From positions 1 through 40,178 of the forward strand of contig JBPGPT010000062.1 in the NCBI GenBank assembly GCA_051047955.1: a DNA stretch of 40,178 nt. Direction: 5' to 3'. The stretch comes from Cystobasidiomycetes sp. EMM_F5. Taxonomy: Eukaryota. The first letter of the stretch is position 1; every line of letters starts with the position of its first letter. The position numbers and the translations under genes are program-made. The notes below the pieces were generated by a model. The model saw only the letters and a list, made by a program, of their open reading frames with translations, had not been told where the DNA came from and did no database searches. This document shows, in pieces, positions 1 to 11,038 of this stretch.

Positions 1-420
1 GAGAAACCCATCTCTGGCGGTATATTCGTTCAGAAGGCTGCTAATGAGCCATTTGAGTACACTTACAAGGTATGTAGTAATCCTGCTCGCTCAGGAGATA
101 ACGTCGCTGATCCTGCATAACTCTGTAGTACAACGAGCTCAAAGTGATGGGCTATCCCTCTACATCTCTTCTTGTTCTGACCGCTCACGTTACAGATCAT
201 ACTCGAAGGACATATCACTCTAGAGGACAAGGCTCAAGGCGTCAAAGTGGGTCATGCATCTTCTGGCCGGGTGGTATATTAGCTGACTACGTAATCACTA
301 CAGATCGAAGCAAAGGCCGGCGACATCATCAAGATTGCAAAGGGAACCACAGTCACCTTCTCTTCGCCAGACTTTGGTCGAGCATTCTACGTTGGGCAGC
401 GTAAACTCAGGGACTTCTAG
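1..420 (+). CDS. EutQ-like cupin protein, 3' part (5' end outside window); exons 1-69, 129-143, 196-246, 304-420
   Basis: Splicing three GT-AG introns gives [83 protein letters not shown]. This has the two cupin motifs (Y-x-Y-x-E-x-K-IILEG and GDII-x-I-x-KG) typical of fungal EutQ-like proteins. Confidence 0.75.
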
Positions 421-536
421 TGCAGTTTGAGGAGCAGGCATGAAAGCCGATGCAATGTGGGATTGCTAGAGTACATTCGGATTAAAGGAGCAATTTCATA
501 CACCTTTCTGGCTCTGTGTTGCAGCAAGAGATGCCT

Positions 537-1128
537 TTAAACCTCCTTTGCCATCATTCCTGTGATGCACGTAAGCTCGTGTCTCGTTCGAAAGCTAATC
601 GCAATCAAGCCTACCTTCAAAGTGCTTCTGACCGAACCGCTCTTTGGGATTAACTACGTGTTTGAGCGCAGAGTCGACGTAGATTTCTGCGACGAGGTTC
701 ACGTCCTGAGTGCGACAATGTTCAGTCTTTGTTCCGCTTTGCTTTCGCGTGACCTACCTGAGCGTCCTCCAGCGCGCCGACCTTTACGAAGCGCACTCCA
801 GGAAGCGAGTCCGGATCCGAGTACAGAGCTGAGCCGCAGTCACCGCAAAAGTAGCGAGTTATGCAAGACCCGGCGTCTGCCTTTTTATCGCGATACGACT
901 TCGGAGTACCCTTGACGACTCTGACCTTGTCCTGCTGGCTCTTGAGGTTGAAGCTTGACGCCGTGTGCAATTTCTGACATGTTCTGCAGTGACAGGAGAT
1001 GCCGTCCTTGCTGTCGTCGTCCAATTCGTACTTGATGGCTCCTGAATCATTGAATAACCCGACTTGAGCTCCAGTTCTCCGCAATCTTTGGCTAACCCAC
1101 CGCAATAGCATTCCCCGGTGCGTGTCAT
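537..1128 (-). CDS. GFA/CENP-V (Mss4-like) Zn-binding protein, glutathione-dependent formaldehyde-activating enzyme family; 4 exons
   Basis: Spliced MTRTGECYCG/AIKYEL...ISCHCRTCQK...RYFCGDCGSALY...VKVGALEDAQ/DVNLVAEIYVDSA...HFE/GMMAKEV*. It carries the CxC, CHCxxC and FCxxCG Zn motifs of the GFA family. Confidence 0.88.
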
Positions 1129-1920
1129 CGTAAACTAGGAATGGATTTAATGGTCAAGAGGTCAAGCTCCCTACTCAATGCAATGCTCCCTCTCTATCCC
1201 CACAAGATAGGTCATATGGCCCCGCCCGCCCGCGGCGAGCGATATAGTGTATGCGAGGCGTATTGCCGATACGGCGCACGCGCAGATCTTATTGATTGAA
1301 AAACACACACATTGCATTTCTGATACATGCAGCTTCGCGAGAGATTATCGTTCTGACAGATCATGGCATCGATGGCTAAATCACAAAGAATATGATGCCA
1401 GTGTCCTGACATCTTTTCCAAGAACTTTTCCATCAGCGTCTGTAATTGTACATTGACTCATTTACCGGATATGCCTGTGGACCACCGCTCTGTGCTGCTC
1501 TGCCGGCGTCATTCTCTGCGCAGAACCCCCGCTCTCGATGTGCCATCCTCATCGGACAAGTTTTCAGCAGCTTTTACTCAGCATTAGCAAGACCACCACT
1601 TCCTGTTAGTACGTCTAGTTCTTGCTGTGCTTAGCTGTCTGCGGAAATGTTATGAAAGTCTTTGCAACTCGTCAGTCTTTTAAAAAAGCTGGAATGATTG
1701 TGTTTTGTCTGCAAAGCAACATTCAGGACGTCCTTGATGAATTTGCTCTCAGCCTGCTACGAAGTGATGGGTCTCGAAGGGTTGTCAGCGGACCCCAGCG
1801 ACCTCTAGCGACCTCGGCTGCAATGAGCCAACGTAGGGTTGAACATTGAAGAATGGGTCCAAGCTAATCAGATATTTCTTTCCAATAGAAAGCAGACCCT
1901 ACCACATCCTACCATCCTCC

Positions 1921-1942
1921 ACTGATGTACTGATGTACTGAT
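1921..1942. repeat. Short 8-bp tandem repeat (ACTGATGT) x ~2.8 upstream of the DUF3445 gene
   Basis: The sequence reads actgatgt actgatgt actgat. Confidence 0.6.
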
Positions 1943-2107
1943 TGCCCTCCTTATCCCCCACGCTCGTCGACTCCCCCACCCTTTTCGCGCAATGTCAGAC
2001 ATGTTGGACAAGATATGAATCCGTTGATCCCGCTGAGCCCTGCGCTCGCACGTCTGCGTCTCGCTTCTATCCTTCAGTTCTCACTTCTCACTGCCAACAT
2101 CCCTAGC

Positions 2108-3680
2108 ATGTCCACCCTTCTGCTCATGTGCGCTGGGCTGACAGCCCTAGCTTATCTCGTATGGCTCAAACACGCTGCGCTTTCGTTAACGCCGTCGTTG
2201 GCAACGCAAGAGGAACAAAAGCGAGCCACAGCCTCTGCAAGTAAAGAACGCCGGCTGCCGTCTCCAACACCATGGCTAGACTTCGATCTGGCAACTGCTC
2301 AAACAAGAGACTTTATCTACGAAAACCAGCCATTGGTACGAGACTTTATTGCTGGTACGAGCTGGCAACTGAAGCGATATCTGCAGAGGCTCCCCTATAA
2401 ACAAACAATGGCGCACAAGCCCATGCGTATGTGTTATTTGCGCCCTACATAGCCTTGCGATACCGTACAGATTTCCTGACGCCTGCCTGCCTCTGACTGA
2501 AGACACCAACAATTGGATTGAGATAGACAAGGATTACATCAAAAATCTCGAGCTCAAGAAACAAGTCATAGCGGAGCATGGCCCCGTGGTCCTGGATTGT
2601 CTGCCGGAATGCGAGGACGCTTGCGGTGAGCTTTTAGATATGCTGGTTGACTGGCTGCCAAAGGTATGTATAAAGCTAATCAAATACGTTCCGACGTTAC
2701 TGACTGGCTTTCCACACAGAGATATCCAACCCTTTTCTCTACACTAGCAAATGGCAGCGGTATTCGCAATGAAGTCACCAAGGTGGAATTCGAGGATACA
2801 GATCGCATGAAGGGGACGGCCGCGCTGCTCGCTATATCTCAGCTCGTCCAGGATGATTTTCTGATGGGACAGAAGAAGGAGAATGGCACCATCGCCTTCA
2901 CAGCTGGAATCGTAGCAATGCCTGGCTTTTATCTTCTAAGCGAGGTGCGTGACACATTGCATTAGGCATACGCGCCGGCAAGAATTGACGATCTGGATTG
3001 TGGATATATTTTAGAAAATAGGCCAGTCGTTGGAAGAAGTTCACCGACCGGTACCATCGTTCAAGGAGAAGCTACTGTTAAGCGTGGAGCGCACTCTGAG
3101 CAGATTCGAACCGGATATGCCTTTTGAGCGTACCGTGGGTTCAAGACGACCAAATCTGTTCCCAAGTGATGCCTACTAACATTACCCTTCCCGTGGCATC
3201 CACTTCCTGTCCTCTGATGAGCCCTGCAGTCATGGGAAATTGTCGATGACGAGAATCTGTTCTTTCACAACATCGCAAAACTTGCTCCGGGTGAGAAACT
3301 CAACAAGTTGCCCGCAGAGTTGTATTTCCGACAAGATAAGCAGAGCTTCGTCAAACTACCCAAGACTCGCGCCATCGCCTTCGGCGTACACCCCATCATG
3401 CGAAAACTGGACGACCTGAAAAATAGCCCACTAGTTCCGCAATTGCTTAGGGAAATCCATTTGAAGTCAGACGCTGCGTTGATGAAGTACAAGGTTGCGC
3501 CCGCATATGTCGATACAGTGCTACCGTACCTCGTACGTGACTTGTAGTGTATACCCAGTTGTGTATACCAGCTGACCCGCATCATTATAGGAGGAAATGC
3601 ACGCCTGGCAGATTGAGCAAGGACTGATCAAAGGGGACGAAGCGGTTTCCGATTTCCGCAGCTTGCGGGTCGGGAAGTAG
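2108..3680 (+). CDS. DUF3445 / heme-dependent oxidative N-demethylase alpha-subunit-like protein with N-terminal membrane anchor; about 7 exons
   Basis: Spliced protein contains NNWIEIDKDY, LVDWLPK/RYPTLF, LVQDDF, KIGQSLEEVHRPVPSF, FERT/SWEI and YFRQDKQSFVKLPKTRAIAFGVH, matching fungal DUF3445 motifs. The N-terminus MSTLLLMCAGLTALAYLVWLK is hydrophobic. Stop TAG at 3678-3680. Confidence 0.8.
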
Positions 3681-4387
3681 TAAGTATCACGGTTCGGAGG
3701 TCGTTCGCGGCAAGGTCTCAATAGATGCACCTCATGGGAAAAGGGCTCAGAGGTTGCGGACGTACTGGACAGCATGTCGTAACAATTCGAAGAAGGATTT
3801 TCGCATGAATGAACGCAGAGAGTGTAGTTACTAAGAAAAGCAAAGCCAATGAAGTGATTGAGGAACCAGAACCTGTCAGAACTCTTGAGCAAAGCAGTAT
3901 GTGGAGCAAGTATTGAGAAAATTCGTTTTTACAATGCCATCGAGTATATTACAGTAAAAGTACGATGGCAGAGAACATAAGTCAGTCCGTTGCGGGAGTC
4001 AGTCCCACCTTCAGAATGTTAATATACGGGAGTCAGAGTCAAAAATGAGCGTCTCCGAATTCGCAGAGAAGCAGAATCATATTGACATTGCACCATCATT
4101 GCAGCATATTCTGACATGTAGCATGGTTGCACATACTGTCATGATCGCAGACAGCTAACAAGGAGAAACGAGAGAAATCAGTAGATCTAGCACGTCGGGC
4201 AAATGATATTACGAAAATTTGCTCTGATTTGGTCCGAACTTGCGTCGAATACCTGGAACGCCTTGAACGCATTTAGCAGCTTGCGGGATGTCTGCGTTAA
4301 ATGTCCAAAATTATGGCGAATCGCGGGATGATCTTGGAAAGATAGGCTTCATGAGCAAGCTATTTCAGCAAGATTGAGCACGCATGC

Positions 4388-6263
4388 TCACTGTCGCGGC
4401 GGAGGTCGTTCCCCGGTCTGTCGAGCAGGGTCGTACGGATATCCGTAAGGAGGCATGGGTTCGCCATACGGAGGACCTCGTCCAACAGGCGGCATATGCC
4501 CATACGCATACATAGGAGGATACGCTGCATTGCGATCAACGCTGCCGTCTCGAACGCTACCACCTCGGTCTGAAGTCCCATTGCGTGCAGTACGAAGACC
4601 TGCACTCTCTGAACGCCCGCGATTATCATCGTCATCGTTCTTGTCCTTATTGCTATCATCTTTCTCGCTAGCGCTCGGTCCACGGGGCTGCGGCGGGTAC
4701 GGGTAGCCAGGTGGTACGACAGGCGGATAGCCCTGATACGGGTAGCCTGGCGGCATTCCATATGCAAATGGCGGAGGGTAGGGGTAGCCGGGATAACCAG
4801 GAGGAGGGCCATAGCGTGGGTCTTGACCAGAGGAGCGTGCTGCGCTGGGAGCCCGGTGTCCCACCCGATCCCCTTCATTATCGCGATCATCTCCAGCGTC
4901 GCTGTCGCGATCGTCATCACCATTCACAGAATCCTTGTCCCGATTCCTGCTAGAGCCGGTAGCTGCTGACGCGCCAGCAGCAGGCGGGGAGTGTGGTGGC
5001 ATAGAGCCGCTGCCATCTGGTGGTGGATAAGGAAAGAAGGCAGGCGGCGGGTAGCCCATCATGTGGGGCATCGGTGGCATTGGATAGCCAAAGGGAGGCG
5101 GCATGCCCCGTGGACCAGCGCCTTCAGGAAAGCCGTACGGATAGCCATAAGGGGGCATGCCAGGCGGAAACATGCGATAGTCGCGGTCATGATCCCCGTA
5201 ATGCCTGTCTCTCCCACGGTCGCGATAGTCTCCATAATCCCCGCTTCCCTGATCGTTTCGCCCATTTCTGCCGCGTTTGCGATGACGGTCTTCATCCCAG
5301 ACTTCGCCTCTGAGACGAGCTCTCTCCATGGCTGCCAGACGCGCTTCGTTTCGGGGATCCTTTGGACAGACTCGAGCATAATGACCAGAGTCACCACATG
5401 TGAAGCATGTGTTGGCCTCTATCGCGCCCTTTTGTGTTGTATTGGACTTTGAGGCTTCCACTTTAATTTGTGCACCGAGGAAATGGCCTTCATTGTATGT
5501 ATCTATGGCATATCGTGCCGAATCTTGTCCTTCGTATTCCTATCGAGACGGAGGGGTCAGCTGGAATGCTGCTACGTCGAGGACTACTCTACGTACGATA
5601 AAGGCAAAGCCGACTTTGATTTCGAGATGGGTAATCTTGCCGAATTGACCGAAACAATCTTCCAAGTCGGCCTTTTCAGTACGTTCTGGTAGGCCACCAA
5701 TGTAGATCTTGTGACTATGGTACGTCGACTCGTCATTTGGATCAATGTGCTTTGCGGGTCCTCCAATGCGGCCTGCGAAACGGGAATCGGTTTTGCGTTT
5801 TGGAGACGCGGAACGAGATCGGCGACGACGGGATGGAGAGTGAGGCGGTGAGCGTCGAGGAGAAGGGGACCGAGTTCGCGAGCGAGAACGGGAGCGGGAC
5901 CTGGAGCGAGATCTCGAGCGAGAATGTTTGCCGTAGGATGGTCTGCTCCGGTCTGCTGAGACAGGGACGGAATACATCGAGTGAGTTTTCGCTGTAGCAC
6001 TATACACAGAGCATGTTTATCCTACCATGCTGGTCAATATCTCGTTCAGAGTAGGTATTTGCGGGCAAACCTGCCCCATTGCTCCTGCGGTCGCTGTCGT
6101 CGATACCTGGGCGGCCGGACGAGGCATAAACGTTTCTCGGACTACCGGATCCCGCTCTCCGTGCCATTCTGTCGTCGTAGCTGCCAGGGTTGCCCGTTAT
6201 TGCAGGATTTCCGTCTCTGTATGGCTCCCTGGCTGAGGTAGCGATTGGGATGAAAGCGGGCAT
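4388..6263 (-). CDS. SR-like RNA-binding protein: RS-repeat region, RRM, CCHC zinc knuckle, Pro/Tyr/Gly-rich tail; 3 exons
   Basis: RSRSRSRSRS tract; RRM RNP2 IYIGGL and RNP1 GFAFI/EY joined across an intron (~5541-5596); CFTCGDSGHYARVC knuckle; PPGYP repeats. Confidence 0.8.
5815..5925 (-). repeat. Coding Arg-Ser dipeptide low-complexity repeat
   Basis: Encodes SRSRSRSRSRSRSRTRSPSPRRSPPHSPSRRRRSRS. Confidence 0.8.
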
Positions 6264-6619
6264 GATTTGCGAGGTTCAAACTGGATGGATGGGTTGGGAG
6301 TGGGTCTGCAGAGTGTTATAACGTGTCCGAACGTCGAGAAACCAGCGAAACCCGTCGGAATTGCTGGGTCTTTTGGATCTTTTTTCCTGGATGCCCGTTT
6401 GAGCTGGTTGTTTTTCGCCGCTGGGCAGTCAGTCTCCTAGGATGCTCCCACTGCGGGCATATTGCAGCAGTCCCAGGTCTCGTTTGCTGATTTGCTCTTG
6501 GTTGTCGCAGAGTCAAGCCATTTCGGGGCTTTGTTGGCTTCAAACCACGACGACGACGAGGAAAAAGAGCTGGAATATCGGAAACAGCGAGCAAGTAGAC
6601 ATCAGATAAAACAGCAACA

Positions 6620-7736
<1,117 letters not shown>

Positions 7737-8111
7737 ACGAGGTTACTTGCTCGATGTGCGTGTCGGGTCTGCAGGCGAATCTCGCCTCGTGTTCGCATCC
7801 AGCCAATGATGAGCCTAAGCTGGGCTTCATTTCATCGCAACAAGGCGCGCGAATGTCGTCAAACCCTCCTACGCACACCCGACCTGCCTGCTCCGGATTC
7901 TGATACTGCTCTGCAATGCCATTCTGTTTACGACCCTGGTCTGCTATCCTTCTTTGTGATTATTGTCGGATTAGTCGTCTGTATGTAACGACAGTAACGG
8001 TGATCTTGCGAGCTTTGGAGTGTGACCCGATGAAGCACAGCTCGAGCGGCTCGAGTGCGCTGCCTTGCCTATTGATGAACCTTCATGCGTCGCACAAGCA
8101 GTACACGCCTG

Positions 8112-8853
8112 TTATGCAGAGTTTTGGCGTTCTCGGTCCGCGCGAGACTGGTGTAAAGTATTTGGCCTCGTGATGGCGTTTTGTCCAGCCTGCAAGTAGT
8201 CTACCAGGCTGGGATACGACTGCGTCTTGCTCGTCAGGCCTTCTGGATGCGCGGTCACCTCTGACAGGGTTACTCCCCGTTTGAGCGTAGTCCATCTGGA
8301 AAAGTAAGCCAGATCCGGGTCAATGGCACGTCTAGCAAGGCTTCCAGTATAGATTGGATCAAATGCAGCCTACCGGAGTACTCTTGGGTCTGCTTTGAGC
8401 CTGGCGTCGAGCTGCCTGACAACGAGCGGGTTTGTATCAAATTGCATGGTCCAGTAGCTGCGTTTTCGATGAAAACCGCGACAGGGTCACCCGGTCAGCT
8501 CTGATATTTTATCGTAACACGCAGCCAGCTCACTCTGCGAGCTCATGCCATTCGCCGTCTTTGCGTATACGCTGCGGAAGACCTCTGGCGCCCCAGGTGT
8601 CAAGACGCCGCACGCAGCCGCCGTTTTCGTGTACGAAGGACGCTGTGGATTTTAGGAGGCTGTGCAGAGGGACCTATTGTTCATTAATATCCAAAAAAGC
8701 TCGTCAGTTTGCGGTATTGTTGTCGTTTTTTCATGAGGCCAGCTCGGAGCTCGCTGATAATTTCCAGCTGGCCAGCATCGAGTATCGCAGTATTCCACGC
8801 ACATGCTGCTTCACATAGTGCTGCGCGACGCATACAAGCTCATACAGCGGCAT
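8112..8853 (-). CDS. MRP17: Mitochondrial ribosomal protein bS6m; 4 exons, not represented in the ORF track
   Basis: Spliced MPLYELVCVAQHYVKQH/VPLHSLLKSTASFVHENGGCVRRLDTWGARGLPQRIRKDGEWHELAD/YWTMQFDTNPLVVRQLDARLKADPRVLR/WTTLK...*. The YEL, GG-x-VR, WG-x-R-x-LP and DPRVLR motifs are those of S6. Confidence 0.85.
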
Positions 8854-8956
8854 GGTTTGCCAGGTTGTTGGCAGAAAGCAGCAATCCAACGACGTCAAAT
8901 TTGCGAAATATCATATTAAATAATGGTCGCATTGCGTTTGATTTCGGATCAACATC

Positions 8957-10707
8957 CTACACCGACTCGCTCACTTTTGGCGAGTCACTGGGAGCCATAC
9001 TTTCAATCTCCACCTTCACCTCGTCTTGAACCCCGCTTTCGACGACATCGACGACATCTGTCCGCCGGTCTTGGCCCATTCCCTTCAGGCGACCCTTGCC
9101 CCGCTGTTGGTGCACCTCGTCCCAACTCTTCTGCGCTTGCGAGAGGCATTCCAAATCCGACCGATACGCTGCTTCAAATCTGTCCGCTTCCGCATCGAGG
9201 GTGCCTTCCTGGATACATCGACGTATCGCCTTCATGAAGGCAGCCATCACGCAGGTGTTGTGCATGGCCAGGAGGACGTGCGCAGTCATCTCGTGCGTGT
9301 GCAGCAGATGGTGGACATATGCGCGAGTAGGGGCGTCGCCTAATGCTTCTTCCCCAAACAACGACGTTAGATGCGCGTGCTCTGCACTCGTTGCGAGCGG
9401 CGAGAAGTCGGTTGCATGCTGATCATCAAACAGGTTGATTGCCCAGTCCACTTGCGGCACATCGGAGGAAGCCAGCACCGGAAAGCTGAATGAGAGTCCG
9501 ATACCCAGAGTCGACAAGTACGCAGTGTATTGATCCATGAAAAGATCGCATCCGGTCTGTCGAACTAGCCGCAGAACCTCGTGCGGTCCTCTTGGACAGA
9601 ACAGCAGACGAGGTTTGTTGCTTGGAACGCTGTTGACCGAGACGTTGATACAAGCAATGGCATCATCGTCTCCCCTGAATCTAGTAGCCATATCTTCCGG
9701 ATCGCGAAGCGTGGTGAGGTTGATGCTATAGCCAGCCAGCATATCGACTGGACGACGACCGCCCAAGTCTCCTGACGGCAAGTGTAGCGACTTCATGTAT
9801 TCACTACGTGCAGCCAGTGATAGACCTCCTACCAGGGGAGCAAAGAGGCAGGTCCCGGACTGAACATGGTCGTTCCTAGTTAGTCACTACTGGTATCTTT
9901 CAACCACAGATCACGTCCCCACCTTTTCGGCAGCTTGCACGGTTTTGACGAGCATCTTTTCGGAGCGGATCAAGCTTTTCGTCAGGCGTTTTTGGCTTCT
10001 GGTGAGGACAGTGGGATCATCGGCAAGACTAATCATGATATCCGGTGCCCGCAAAAGGGCAATAGTGTTAAAGTGTTCGAGTGTCATCTGGGGTAGGTGT
10101 TGAGCATCGGAGAACAACTGTGATTGTGCAACCCACTTTTATGACACCGCGGAAACCACGGCAGGCGACGTAGAGGTCCGTATTGGCAATTATCGGGAGG
10201 GTATCAGAAGGATCCCGTAGGCCAGCGAATAGCAAATGCGCGCTTTCTCCGTTATGACTTTGTTTTGAGCATCTTAGCCCGAGATACCGTGCTAGCGAGT
10301 AAGGTGCCTCGGTGTATGCCGGAGGATTGTAGTCGAGGCTGCGAGCGATAAAGCTCAGTCATGGACCACCCAGCTGTATGAGTGTGCTGCGAAATTCTGC
10401 AGGGCGTTTATCAAACTCACAAATGCTCAATTGCCATGTAGGCCATCTCTACAGGCAGACGACCGAGATTGTCTGGCGTCAGATGGACCGGGGCACCTTT
10501 GCGGGTGTACGCAATGATAGCGGGCGTCTCTAGCTCGACGGGCTGCGCTACACTGCCGTCTTCATGCGCGGGATGGGTAAATGATAGTTTCCCAGACCGA
10601 GCCGGCGATGACCGCGACTGGCTCGTCAGTGAAAATACGAGTGGAGAACGTGGAGAATGTGATTGCGAGTGAGCGGCTGCTGCGCCGTCGTTAGTTTGGC
10701 TATCCAT
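8957..10707 (-). CDS. QTRT2: Queuine tRNA-ribosyltransferase accessory subunit (TGT fold); about 4 exons
   Basis: ARSGKL...ETPAIIAYTRKGAPVHLTPDNL; LRAPDIMISLAD...KRLTKSLIRS; KPRLL...GPHEVLRLV..GCDLF; TRAYVHHLLHTHEMTAHVLLAMHN. It lacks the catalytic-subunit DSGGFQ motif. An alternative in-frame ATG lies at 10734. Confidence 0.85.
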
Positions 10708-11038
10708 GTTATATCTTGCAGACGACTGGGCCATTTGCGACCGAAATTGCTGCCAACGCCAGAGCGGACTGCGGAGACTCGCAGGCCGCAGACGACGAAG
10801 CAGTTCAGAGCGAATCGTCTCGATGACGGGCAAGGGCAATATCCTGAAAGCCGGGTCAGCGAACGGTATGCGATGCGGAGAGCGCCCAGTCGTGCGCCCT
10901 GGCACGGTGGTCTAGTCTTTGTCAAGCGAGCAATGCACAGTGACAACAGCGAGAGGTGCATCGTTAAGCGTATTCTAAATCGTACATCGGCTGCCATCGC
11001 TCGAGCCCACAACGTGCCATCGCACAGCCGACGTGCTG

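Noticed and set aside
1129..2107. Small ORFs in the GFA-DUF3445 intergenic region
   Set aside because: They are short, mostly non-ATG starts with no motifs; treated as a divergent promoter region.
3700..4380. Short hydrophobic/Cys-containing minus-strand frames between DUF3445 and the SR-like gene
   Set aside because: No ATG-to-stop spliced model could be built; the region is compatible with convergent 3' UTRs.
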